A DNA stretch of 64,000 nt from Clostridia bacterium (GTDB taxonomy: Bacteria > Bacillota > Clostridia > TANB77 > CAG-508). The DNA lies in the NCBI GenBank assembly GCA_045643205.1, contig JAZUKI010000010.1, positions 32,001-96,000 of the forward strand, read 5' to 3'. Position 1 is the first letter of the stretch; each line of letters opens with the position of its first letter. The notes below the pieces were generated by a model, which did not search any database, was not told where the DNA came from, and saw only the letters and a program-made list of their open reading frames with translations. Made by a program: the position numbers and the translations under genes. Of this stretch, positions 19,628 through 29,400 are shown piece after piece.

Positions 19628-19653
19628 AGGTGGGCGAAAGCCCATCTTTTTTT
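19628..19653 (+). terminator. Intrinsic terminator
   Basis: aggtgggc-GAAA-gcccatct followed by T-run. Confidence 0.85.
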
Positions 19654-19684
19654 GTGCAAATATAAAAGTTAATATGGAGAGAAT

Positions 19685-20314
19685 ATGGAAAAAACAACGA
19701 TAAATATAAATGATAAAGATTATCCATTTTTGTTGAAACAAATAAACAATCCGCCTAAAGAAATATATGTGTATGGAAATTTTATTGATTTAAATCAAAA
19801 GATGGTAACAATAGTAGGAACAAGCTTTCCAACATATAGTGGAAGAAGAGAAACTAAAAGATTAGTAAAACGATTAGTAAAAAAGGGATATTGCATTGTA
19901 ACCTCATTTACACAAGGAGTAGATGAGGTAGTGTGTGAAACAACATTGGAAAATAATGGCAAAATACTAGTAGTAATTCCTGGAGATATTGAAAAAATCA
20001 GAAGTAAGAAGTATAGGGAAAAAATAAAACAAATTTTGGAAAAAAGTGGTAATGTAATAACTGAATATAACAGTTTTGAACAAGTTTCACCAGAAAAATA
20101 TATTGAAATAAATAGAATTTTATGTGGGTTGTCAAAAAGTTTAATAATAATCGAGGCTGGAATAGCAAGTGGCACAATGATTACAGCAGAATTTGCTTTA
20201 AATCAAAATAGAGAAGTATATGCACTGATAGGAAGTTTAAAATCAGCTAAAAAAGTAGGTACAAATTGTTTGATAAAAAGAGGTGCTAATCCAATAATTT
20301 CAACAGTTTTATAA
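19685..20314 (+). CDS. DprA/Smf-like protein (core Rossmann/SLOG domain only, divergent)
   Basis: YP.LLKQI.NPP..IYV.G, IIEAG..SGTMITA.FAL.QNREVYA, GTNCLIKRGA. Confidence 0.82.
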   Translation: MEKTTININDKDYPFLLKQINNPPKEIYVYGNFIDLNQKMVTIVGTSFPTYSGRRETKRLVKRLVKKGYCIVTSFTQGVDEVVCETTLENNGKILVVIPGDIEKIRSKKYREKIKQILEKSGNVITEYNSFEQVSPEKYIEINRILCGLSKSLIIIEAGIASGTMITAEFALNQNREVYALIGSLKSAKKVGTNCLIKRGANPIISTVL

Positions 20315-20414
20315 AACTTTAAAAAAACCAAATTATTCCTCATTTTTCTTGTATTAATAAGTCGTTTGTAATATAATAGACACGATATTGTAAAAGATAT
20401 TTTAAGGAGGAATA

Positions 20415-23400
20415 ATGAAGAAATTTAATGGTGCACATAATAAGAAAAATCATCACAAAAATAATAAAATTCATAATTCAAAATCAAGTAAAATTAAGGA
20501 ACTATTAGAAGAGGAAGTAGAAAAGACAGATACTTCTGATATAGATGAAACAAAATTCTATGATACTGATGAATTAGAAAAAGAAATTGCTGATTTAAAA
20601 GTAAAAGATGATACTATTTCTATTAAAATCAGTGATATAGAAAAAGCAAAAAAGAATAAAGAGGAAGATAAAGAAAACGTTATAGAAGATATAGATAGCG
20701 ATTATTCAGCAACTGAAGAACTAGAGGATGATACAGAGTCAGATGATATTAAAGTTGTAAAATCTAATGATGAAAAAGAATCTAGTGATAAGAAAGAATC
20801 TGATGAAAAGGACATTAGTGAGAAGTCTGTAGAAGAAAATAATAGTGAAAAATCTGAAGATGATGAAATTGATGTACCTTTTACTACACATAAAAAGAAC
20901 AATGATAATAGATTTAAAGAGAAAAATCGTAGAATGAGTAAAAACAAAAAAACAAAGAGTAAAAGTAAAACAAAGAGCGAAGAAGTAGACGATAAAACAT
21001 ATAGAAAACCTAAAAATGTTAAAGCTTTAATTGCAAAAGAAAAAATACAAAATGGAAAGAAAAAGAAAAAACATAAGGTTTTAAAGAGAGTTATAAAAAT
21101 AATTCTTTCATTAATTTTAATTGGAATAGTTGCTGTAGCAGCATTTATCTTTGCTACATTTAATTCAGATAAGTGGTCAATCACAAGAGAACAACTTATG
21201 AGTGATGCAGGTGTTAAGATTTATGACGCTAATGGCGATATGATTCTTGAATTAACTGGTGATGAAATTAATAAAAAAGTTAAACTTGAAGATATGGGAA
21301 AAATTCCTGATGCATTTATATCAATTGAAGATGAAAGATTCTATGAACATAATGGAGTTGATATAAAGAGAACAGGTTCAGCAATTTTCAGTTTCATCTT
21401 ATCAGGTGGTAAAACTAATTTTGGTGGTAGTACAATTACTCAACAATTAGTAAAGATTACTATGAAAGATGATGATAGATCTGGTCTTGCAGGTGTTCAA
21501 AGAAAAATAAGAGAATGGTCAAGAGCAGTACACGTTGAAGAAATGTTAAGTAAAGATGAAATTCTACAAAGATACCTAAATAGAATTTATTTAGGCAATA
21601 GTGGAAGCTTGGAATTAAGAGGTGTAGAATCAGCATCAAATTACTACTTCAATAAATCAGCTAAAGATATTTCAATAGCACAAGCAGCATTTATAGCAGG
21701 TATTAACCATGCTCCAGGAGCTTATAATCCATTCAGCTCAGATGAAAAAGAAGTTCAAAAATGTAAAGATAGAGCTTTAACTGTTGTTGGAAAAATGCAT
21801 GAGTTAGGCAAGATAAATGATGAAGAATATAATACAGCAAAAGAAGAAATAAACAATGGTTGCAATTTCAGTAAAGGTGAAGTTTCAAATGGAAACAGTG
21901 AATTATCATATCATACTGCAGCTGCAATTGATGAAATAGCAACAGAGATAGCAAACAGAGATGAAATTCAATATTCTGAAGCTAGAGATATTCTTGTAAA
22001 TAGTGGATATAGTATTTACACAACTATTAATAAAAAAGCACAAGAAGGATTAGATAAAGTATTCTATAACAATGATTATATTGTTAGTGGTATTAGACCA
22101 AAGAATTATGATGCTGATCATAAAGGTCAATCAGCAATGGTTGTAATTGATCCAAAGACAGGTTATGTAGTAGCAGAAGATGGTGGTTTAGGTTCAAACC
22201 AAAATGCTTTAGGATTAAATAGAGGTTTATCACATAGACAAGGTGGTTCAGCATTTAAACCATTAGTTACTGTAGCACCTTCACTTGAAGCAGGAATAAT
22301 AACACCAGCAACTTTATTCTATGATGTAAAAACAACTTTTGGTCGTAGCTATACTGTAAATAATGATTCAAATAGTTATCACAATATTGAAAACATGAGA
22401 GGAGTATTAACTCATTCATGTAACGTACCAGAAGTAAAATTAATTAGCATATTAACACCAGAAAAATCATCTGAATTCCTAAATAGTATCGGAATTAAAG
22501 CTGATCCAGCAAACTATGGTTTATCTGCAGCACTAGGTTCTGTAGATGTTTCACCATTAGAAATGGCAGCTGGATATGCAATGATTTTAAATGGCGGAGA
22601 ATACATCGAACCAACATTCTATACAAAAGTTGTAAATCAAGATGGCGAAATTGTTATTGAAACAACTCAAGAAAGAAAGAGAGTAATGTCAGAACAAAAT
22701 GCTTACCTTGAAATTTCATTACTAACAGGACCAGTTAAGAGTGGTACTGCAAGTTCATTTGCAAGTTACTTAGGAAGTATGGGAGTAGCAGGTAAGACAG
22801 GTACAACAGAAACAGCACAAGATAGATGGTTTTGCGGAATGACACCTTACTATGCAGCAGCATGTTGGTATGGAAATGATAACAATAATGGACAATTTAG
22901 AGGAACAAACCCAGCAGCTAAAGTTTGGTTCCATTCAATGAAAAAGATAATTGAAGCATGTGGACAGGAAAATAAAGATTTTAGTAGACCAGATGGAATT
23001 GTTAGTAGAAGAGTTTGTAGACAAACTGGTAGATTAGCAGGATCAGAATGTACTGATACATATTCAGAAATTTTCAATGCAAATCAATTACCAAAAACAT
23101 GTGATGGTCACGGAAGTATGGAAAAGATAATGATTTGTAAAGAGTCTGGAAAAATTGCAACACCTAATTGCAAAGATGTTGAAGAAAAAACATTTGGATG
23201 TGCACTTGATACAGAAAGAGCAGCTACATGGAGTCCAAACTTAATGAAGAATGATGCACCTAAAGAAACATGTGATAAACATCCACTTGTAGAAATTGAA
23301 ATTCCAAACGTAATCGGTTTAACACAAAAAGATGCTGAAGAAAAATTAAAAGCAGCAGGTTTTATTGTAGAAGCTAAGAAAGGTATAGATGAAACTGGAA

Positions 23401-23648
23401 AGACTCCAAAAGGAAATGTTTATAAACAAGATCCAAATGGAAAGACAAAGGCGGAGCAAGGAGCAAAAATTATAATTGTTATATCTCAAAATGATTCAAC
23501 AACACCAGGCGAACCAACAAATACAACGACACCACCAACAAATACAACAACACCTCCAGCTAATACAACGCCACCAACAAACACAACAACACCTCCAGCT
23601 AATACAACACCAGCAAACACAACAACACCTCCAAAAAAAACAACTTAA
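20415..23648 (+). CDS. Class A penicillin-binding protein (GT51 + transpeptidase + PASTA)
   Basis: EDERFYEH, GGSTITQQLVK, SAFK (SxxK), SCN, KTGT; C-terminal PASTA (IPNVIG) and T/P-rich tail. Confidence 0.93.
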   Translation: MKKFNGAHNKKNHHKNNKIHNSKSSKIKELLEEEVEKTDTSDIDETKFYDTDELEKEIADLKVKDDTISIKISDIEKAKKNKEEDKENVIEDIDSDYSATEELEDDTESDDIKVVKSNDEKESSDKKESDEKDISEKSVEENNSEKSEDDEIDVPFTTHKKNNDNRFKEKNRRMSKNKKTKSKSKTKSEEVDDKTYRKPKNVKALIAKEKIQNGKKKKKHKVLKRVIKIILSLILIGIVAVAAFIFATFNSDKWSITREQLMSDAGVKIYDANGDMILELTGDEINKKVKLEDMGKIPDAFISIEDERFYEHNGVDIKRTGSAIFSFILSGGKTNFGGSTITQQLVKITMKDDDRSGLAGVQRKIREWSRAVHVEEMLSKDEILQRYLNRIYLGNSGSLELRGVESASNYYFNKSAKDISIAQAAFIAGINHAPGAYNPFSSDEKEVQKCKDRALTVVGKMHELGKINDEEYNTAKEEINNGCNFSKGEVSNGNSELSYHTAAAIDEIATEIANRDEIQYSEARDILVNSGYSIYTTINKKAQEGLDKVFYNNDYIVSGIRPKNYDADHKGQSAMVVIDPKTGYVVAEDGGLGSNQNALGLNRGLSHRQGGSAFKPLVTVAPSLEAGIITPATLFYDVKTTFGRSYTVNNDSNSYHNIENMRGVLTHSCNVPEVKLISILTPEKSSEFLNSIGIKADPANYGLSAALGSVDVSPLEMAAGYAMILNGGEYIEPTFYTKVVNQDGEIVIETTQERKRVMSEQNAYLEISLLTGPVKSGTASSFASYLGSMGVAGKTGTTETAQDRWFCGMTPYYAAACWYGNDNNNGQFRGTNPAAKVWFHSMKKIIEACGQENKDFSRPDGIVSRRVCRQTGRLAGSECTDTYSEIFNANQLPKTCDGHGSMEKIMICKESGKIATPNCKDVEEKTFGCALDTERAATWSPNLMKNDAPKETCDKHPLVEIEIPNVIGLTQKDAEEKLKAAGFIVEAKKGIDETGKTPKGNVYKQDPNGKTKAEQGAKIIIVISQNDSTTPGEPTNTTTPPTNTTTPPANTTPPTNTTTPPANTTPANTTTPPKKTT
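23510..23635 (+). repeat. Intragenic tandem repeat encoding (T/A)NTTTPP units
   Basis: ccaacaaa(t/c)acaac / cctccagctaatacaac units in the PBP tail. Confidence 0.8.
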
Positions 23649-23715
23649 TTAAAATTATGGAAGATGTTTCAAAAAAATTAAGAAATATTGAAAACAAGAT
23701 AAAGGAGAAATAAAT

Positions 23716-25116
23716 TTGCAAGACTTATTTTTATATAATACGCTAGGCAGAAAAGTTGAAAAATTTATTCCTGATGATAAAGATGAAGTAAGAATGTATA
23801 GCTGTGGACCAACTGTCTACAGCTATGCACATATCGGAAACTTTAGAGCTTATATTTTTAGTGATGTACTAAGAAGAGTTTTAAAATATAATGGATATAA
23901 CGTAAAAAGCGTTATGAATGTTACCGATGTTGGACACTTAACATCTGATGCAGATACAGGTGAGGATAAAATGGAAAAAGCTGCTCGTAAAGAGGGCAAA
24001 GATCCATATGAAATTGCTAAGTTTTATACAGATGCATTTTTAGTAGATTATGATAAGTTGAATTTGCAAAGACCAACAATCATAACTAAAGCAACAGAAA
24101 ATATTCCACAAATGATAGAAATGGTAAAAGAAATTATTGACAATGGATATGCATATGAAACTAGCAAAGGAATATATTTTGATGTTTCAAAATTAGAGCA
24201 ATATCCTGTTTTATCAAATAATGTTATTGAAGGACAAGAAGCAGGAGCAAGAATAGATGTTGATCCTGAAAAGAGAAATCCACAAGATTTTGCTATTTGG
24301 ATTAAAGCTCCAGAAAATCATATTATGAAATGGGATTCTCCTTGGGGCCCTTCATATCCAGGATGGCACTTAGAATGTTCTGTAATGGGAAGAAGATTTC
24401 TTGGTGAAAAGATGGATATTCATACAGGTGGAGTTGATCATATTCCAATTCATCATGAGAATGAAATTGCACAAGATATAGGATCATTTGGACATAATCC
24501 AGCTAATTATTGGATGCATGTGGAGTTCTTATTAGTAGATGGTGGAAAGATGTCAAAATCTTTAGGAAACATTTACACAATTTCAGATTTAGTTGAAAAA
24601 GGATATGAACCACTAGTATTTAAATTATTTAATTATACTTCAAGTTATAGAATTCAATTAAATTTTACATTTGAAGGAATGCAAGCAGCAAAAACTTCTT
24701 TAAACAGATTAAGAAGAGGATATGTTGCACACAAAGAAGCAAATGAATTAATTGATGAAAACACAATTAATGAGTATGAAACAAAATTTGTAAAAGCAAT
24801 TAACGATGATTTAAATATGCCACAAGCTATGAGTATTGTTTGGGAAATAATTAAGAGTGAGAAAAAATCTAAACAATTAGCAGACTTACTTTTAAAATTT
24901 GACCAAGTATTAGGATTAGATTTAGAAAAAAGTAAAGAATATTTAAATGAAAAAATAGACATTCCACAAGAGATACTTGATTTAGCAGAAGAAAGAAAAA
25001 TAGCTAAAGCTAATAAAGATTATGCTAAGGCAGATGAATTAAGAAATTTAATTAATTCAAAAGGATATTCAATAAAAGATAGTGCAGATGGAAATATCGA
25101 AATAACAAAGATATAA
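23716..25116 (+). CDS. cysS: Cysteine--tRNA ligase
   Basis: CGPTVY..AHIGN, PGWHLEC, HHENE, KMSKS; TTG start after SD AAAGGAG. Confidence 0.97.
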   Translation: MQDLFLYNTLGRKVEKFIPDDKDEVRMYSCGPTVYSYAHIGNFRAYIFSDVLRRVLKYNGYNVKSVMNVTDVGHLTSDADTGEDKMEKAARKEGKDPYEIAKFYTDAFLVDYDKLNLQRPTIITKATENIPQMIEMVKEIIDNGYAYETSKGIYFDVSKLEQYPVLSNNVIEGQEAGARIDVDPEKRNPQDFAIWIKAPENHIMKWDSPWGPSYPGWHLECSVMGRRFLGEKMDIHTGGVDHIPIHHENEIAQDIGSFGHNPANYWMHVEFLLVDGGKMSKSLGNIYTISDLVEKGYEPLVFKLFNYTSSYRIQLNFTFEGMQAAKTSLNRLRRGYVAHKEANELIDENTINEYETKFVKAINDDLNMPQAMSIVWEIIKSEKKSKQLADLLLKFDQVLGLDLEKSKEYLNEKIDIPQEILDLAEERKIAKANKDYAKADELRNLINSKGYSIKDSADGNIEITKI

Positions 25117-25136
25117 AAGAAAAATGAGAGGTAACA

Positions 25137-26270
25137 ATGAAAAAAGATAGTGAAGAGAAAATAGTTACAAATTATAGTTTTTTGGAAAATTTAAAAATTT
25201 CAATTTTTAAATTTGATAAGTATTATGAAATTACACAACAAAAAACAAGAAAGATATTAGTATTTTTATTTGAACTAGTAGTATTAGTAACTCTTATTTT
25301 AACAGGAACAATAATTTTAAGACTAAATCAAACTTATGATTATGCATATAAATTCATACAAGACAATCTACCGGATTTTACCATAAGTAAAGATGGCTTC
25401 CATATGGATATAGAAGAGCCATTAATTTATAAAAATTCAGAATATTTTAATTCTGTTGCTATTTTTGATAATGGTGAAGATAATAAACAATATCTAGAAG
25501 AAGCTAACAATGGTAATTCAATATATATTGTAGTTACAAAAAACTCATTAATATTTAAAATACCAGGAGCTGTTACAACTGAATATAAATTCAATGACAT
25601 ATTTAAAGAGAAAAAAGTAGAAACAACTAATACAGATAACACAACAGAAAATGCAGTTGAGAACTCTACTGAGCAAACATTGGAGAACACAGCAGAAAAT
25701 AATAATGAACAAGAAAATACTGAGAAAAAAACAATTAATGAAATTAATAAGAAGTATCTTTTAGATTTATTTAATGAAGAAACAATGAAACAAACAATAG
25801 CAAATTTAGCATTGTACTTATTCTTATTATTATTCATATCTTTAATGATTATCTCATTATGCAATATTTTAGCATTATCAATTCTTGGATATGTTTTTGC
25901 AAAGATAATAAAATTACCATTTAAATATAGTAAGGTATTTAATATGTCAGTTGCAGCATCAGTATTACCAACTATCTTATTATGCATATATATGGTTATA
26001 AATATTTTAACAGGATTTGTAATTGCAAAATTTGACATACTATATTCAATAGTATCATATATTTATTTAGCAGCAGCATTATTAATATTAAGATCAAGTT
26101 TTGTAAAAACCCAAACTAAAAAAGAAGCAGTAGCTGAAGCAGGAAAAAATGTTGAAGTTACAATAGAAGATTCTGATGAAGCAGACGAAAATGATGAAAA
26201 TGATGAAACTGAAGATTCAGATGAAGAGGATTCAAGCGATGATGAAGATTCTGTTGAGACAGAAGATTAA
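25137..26270 (+). CDS. DUF1189-like membrane protein with acidic tail
   Basis: TM-LPDFTI extracellular domain-3 to 4 TM layout; D/E-rich C-terminus. Confidence 0.65.
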   Translation: MKKDSEEKIVTNYSFLENLKISIFKFDKYYEITQQKTRKILVFLFELVVLVTLILTGTIILRLNQTYDYAYKFIQDNLPDFTISKDGFHMDIEEPLIYKNSEYFNSVAIFDNGEDNKQYLEEANNGNSIYIVVTKNSLIFKIPGAVTTEYKFNDIFKEKKVETTNTDNTTENAVENSTEQTLENTAENNNEQENTEKKTINEINKKYLLDLFNEETMKQTIANLALYLFLLLFISLMIISLCNILALSILGYVFAKIIKLPFKYSKVFNMSVAASVLPTILLCIYMVINILTGFVIAKFDILYSIVSYIYLAAALLILRSSFVKTQTKKEAVAEAGKNVEVTIEDSDEADENDENDETEDSDEEDSSDDEDSVETED

Positions 26271-26356
26271 TCAGATGAAAATAAATAAAATTGAAGATTC
26301 GGATAACGCAAAAGAAAAATAAAAAATAAAGAGAGCATAGTAAAGGAGTTTACATC

Positions 26357-28297
26357 ATGTCTGAAAATGAAGAATTAAACAAAAATAATTCTCAAGGTAA
26401 AAAGAAGAAAAACAATAAAAGAAAAAAGAAAAATATTAAAAAGACAATAATTGCAATTATCTTATTAATTTGTATTGGCGTTGGCGGATTTTTCTTAATG
26501 AAATTTGTAAATAATAAAAATGAAAAAGAAGAAAAGGCTACTTTAGCATATACAAAATTAATTGAAGATATTGATGCTGGAAAAGTTAAAAAAATTGAAA
26601 TGACTGAAGAGTCAACTACAGTTAAAGTAACATATAAGAATGAAGAAGAATTAGCCAATGGTGTTAAAGAATTACCAGAAGGCGAAAAAGAACCAGAACT
26701 AACTGATGAAGAAAAAGAAAAGTTAGTAAAAACAGCAAGAGTACCAAGCACAGAAGCATTCGTTACATTAATTCAAGAAAAAATTCAAGATGACAATAAA
26801 GAAAATGATGTATATTTAATCAAAAATAAAGAACCTGTTGTAGTAAGTATTTTTGAAGCTGTATTAAGATATTTACCTACAATTGTATTACTTGCAATGG
26901 TAGTATTACTATTCCAAATGAATGGTTTAGGTGAAAAAGGAAAAGTTTATGATCCAGATATAGATCATGATAAATTAACATTAGATGATGTTGCAGGACT
27001 TAAGGAAGAAAAAGGAGAAATGAAAGAAATAATTGATTTCTTAAAGAATCCTAAAAAATATTCTTCAATGGGTGCAAGAGTTCCAAAGGGAGTTTTACTT
27101 TGTGGAAAGCCAGGAACAGGAAAAACATTGATTGCAAAAGCAATCGCAGGTGAAGCTAATGTTCCTTTTATAAATATGAATGGATCAGAATTCGTTGAAA
27201 TGTTTGCTGGTTTAGGCGCATCAAGAGTTAGAAAATTATTTGAAAAAGCTGAAAAGATTTCACCATGTATTATTTTTATAGATGAAATCGATGCTATTGG
27301 CGCAAGAAGAGCAAGCACAAATGGCGCTGATACAGAGAACAATCAAACATTGAACCAATTACTTGTTAAAATGGATGGTTTTGATACAGATCAATCAATT
27401 ATAGTTATAGCTGCTACAAACAGACCTGAGATGTTAGATGAAGCATTATTAAGACCAGGAAGATTTGACAGAACAATAACAATTGGATTACCTGATGTTA
27501 CTGATAGAGAATCAATATTAAAATTGCATGCAAAGAATAAGAAAGTTGCAAAGGATGTAGACTTTAAATCAATTGCTGAAGATACAGCAGGATTTAGTGG
27601 AGCAGAACTTGCTAATATTTTAAATGAAGCTGCAATTATTGCTGCTAATAGAAATCATAAAGGCATAGACAATCAAGATATAGATGATGCTGTAAAGAAA
27701 GTTACAGTAGGACTAGAAAAGAAGGATAGAGTAATTTCTGAAAATGATAAGAAATTAACTGCTTATCATGAAGCTGGACATGCTGTAGTTAGCAGATATT
27801 TACCAACACAAAACAATGTTAAGGAAGTTTCAATTATTCCTCGAGGAGTTGCTGGTGGATATACAATGTACAGACAAAACGAAGATAAATGGTATATTTC
27901 TAAGACAGAAATGTTAGAAAAACTTATTTCATTGATGGGTGGAAGAGCTGGCGAAAAAATTGCTATGAATGATATTTCAACAGGTGCAAGCAATGACCTA
28001 GAAGTAGCAATGGGAATAGCTAGAGATATGATTACTAAATATGGTATGAGTGATAATGTTGGACCTATGTCATTAAATTTAGATGACAAACCATACGAAC
28101 ACCTACAACTTTTAGGCGAAAATATCGAAAATGAAATAGGTAACGAAATAAGAAAAATTCTTGATACTGCCTATGCTCAAGCACAATCAATACTTGTTGA
28201 ACATAGAGACAAATTAGAAGCAGTTACTGCTATTTTATTAGAAAAAGAGAAGATAAGCGAAGCTGAATTTAATGCTATATTTGAAGAAACATTCTAA
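26357..28297 (+). CDS. ftsH: ATP-dependent zinc metalloprotease FtsH
   Basis: [34 protein letters not shown]. Confidence 0.96.
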   Translation: MSENEELNKNNSQGKKKKNNKRKKKNIKKTIIAIILLICIGVGGFFLMKFVNNKNEKEEKATLAYTKLIEDIDAGKVKKIEMTEESTTVKVTYKNEEELANGVKELPEGEKEPELTDEEKEKLVKTARVPSTEAFVTLIQEKIQDDNKENDVYLIKNKEPVVVSIFEAVLRYLPTIVLLAMVVLLFQMNGLGEKGKVYDPDIDHDKLTLDDVAGLKEEKGEMKEIIDFLKNPKKYSSMGARVPKGVLLCGKPGTGKTLIAKAIAGEANVPFINMNGSEFVEMFAGLGASRVRKLFEKAEKISPCIIFIDEIDAIGARRASTNGADTENNQTLNQLLVKMDGFDTDQSIIVIAATNRPEMLDEALLRPGRFDRTITIGLPDVTDRESILKLHAKNKKVAKDVDFKSIAEDTAGFSGAELANILNEAAIIAANRNHKGIDNQDIDDAVKKVTVGLEKKDRVISENDKKLTAYHEAGHAVVSRYLPTQNNVKEVSIIPRGVAGGYTMYRQNEDKWYISKTEMLEKLISLMGGRAGEKIAMNDISTGASNDLEVAMGIARDMITKYGMSDNVGPMSLNLDDKPYEHLQLLGENIENEIGNEIRKILDTAYAQAQSILVEHRDKLEAVTAILLEKEKISEAEFNAIFEETF

Positions 28298-28321
28298 AAA
28301 TGGAAAAATATTGCAAAAACA

Positions 28322-28351
28322 TTGACTTGTAAGCTTATTTTGGTGTATAAT
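28322..28351 (+). promoter_or_regulatory. Sigma-A promoter of rplU-rpmA
   Basis: TTGACT-18 nt-TATAAT. Confidence 0.7.
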
Positions 28352-28360
28352 AGTTCACGT

Positions 28361-28441
28361 GTAAACCGCCTAGGTCGGGCTACTAAATTCTAATTAAATT
28401 TTTATTTGATTAGATGCCTTGTATTTCAAGCTTAGCGAGTA
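28361..28441 (+). ncRNA. Ribosomal protein L21 leader (cis-regulatory RNA)
   Basis: GC-enriched 5' UTR of rplU, accgcc...ggcta...gcct...gcgagt, resembling the Firmicute L21 leader pattern as I recall it. Confidence 0.6.
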
Positions 28442-28465
28442 TGAGAAAAAGGAGGATCAAACCCC

Positions 28466-28777
28466 ATGTACGCAATCATCGAAAGTTGTGGAAAACAATA
28501 CAAAGTTTCTGAAGGCGACGTAGTTTTCTTTGAAAAATTAGACGTTGAAGAAGGAAAAACAGTATCATTTGATAATGTTGTATTAGTTTCAGACGAAAAA
28601 GATGTTAAAATTGGAACACCTTATGTAAAAGGTGCAAAAGTTGAAGGTACTGTAGTTGCTCACGGAAAAGGAAACAAGATTTTAGTATACAAATACAAAG
28701 CAAAGAAAAACTACAGAAGAACTCAAGGACACAGACAACCATACACAAAGGTTGAAATTAAATCAATCGTTGGTTAA
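28466..28777 (+). CDS. rplU: 50S ribosomal protein L21
   Basis: [14 protein letters not shown]...GHRQPYT. Confidence 0.98.
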   Translation: MYAIIESCGKQYKVSEGDVVFFEKLDVEEGKTVSFDNVVLVSDEKDVKIGTPYVKGAKVEGTVVAHGKGNKILVYKYKAKKNYRRTQGHRQPYTKVEIKSIVG

Positions 28778-28848
28778 TCTGTTTAACTAAAATTTTAAAA
28801 TCTATATTCAAATTAGAATAAAATAATTGTAAAGGAGAGTGAGAACTT

Positions 28849-29181
28849 ATGGCACATCATAAAGGTCAAGGTAGTACCGATAACGGACGTGATAGTGAGA
28901 GCAAGAGACTTGGTATGAAAAGAGCAGATGGACAATTAGTTCAAGCTGGAAATATTCTTTTTAGACAAAGAGGAACAAAGATTCATCCTGGAACAAATGT
29001 AGGAATCGGAAGCGATGATACATTATATGCATTAATTACAGGAACAATGAAAGTTGAAAGACTTGGAAGAGATAAAAAGAAAATTAGCGTATATCCTGTA
29101 GAGGAAGCTAAGAAAGTTACACCAGCTAAGAAACCAGTTGCAAAGAAAACAGCTACAAAAGCTGCTAAAGTTGAAGCTTAA
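28849..29181 (+). CDS. rpmA: 50S ribosomal protein L27 (no N-terminal extension; K/A-rich C-terminal tail)
   Basis: [32 protein letters not shown]. Confidence 0.97.
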   Translation: MAHHKGQGSTDNGRDSESKRLGMKRADGQLVQAGNILFRQRGTKIHPGTNVGIGSDDTLYALITGTMKVERLGRDKKKISVYPVEEAKKVTPAKKPVAKKTATKAAKVEA

Positions 29182-29212
29182 TTAAGTTAAAATAAATGCT
29201 TTTATAAGCATG

Positions 29213-29242
29213 GGGGAGAAATTAAATTTCTCTCCTTTTTTT
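29213..29242 (+). terminator. Terminator after rpmA
   Basis: ggggagaaatt/aatttctctcc hairpin followed by T-run. Confidence 0.75.
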
Positions 29243-29400
29243 GTGTTAATTAGAAAACGTGAAATATTACAGAATAGCCACATAAAAGCATTTTAAAATA
29301 CAAATGTTTGTAACAAAAAATAAATATTACTATGGTAGTATATAAAGTGAATTTTTATATAAAAAACATATATAAAATAAAAAAGATGAAGGAAATAAAA

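Noticed and set aside
23649-23715. T-box leader before cysS (and before the ThrRS-like gene)
   Set aside because: The spacer before cysS is too short, and no T-box consensus (AATTAGGGTGGTACCGCG-like) is visible at either site
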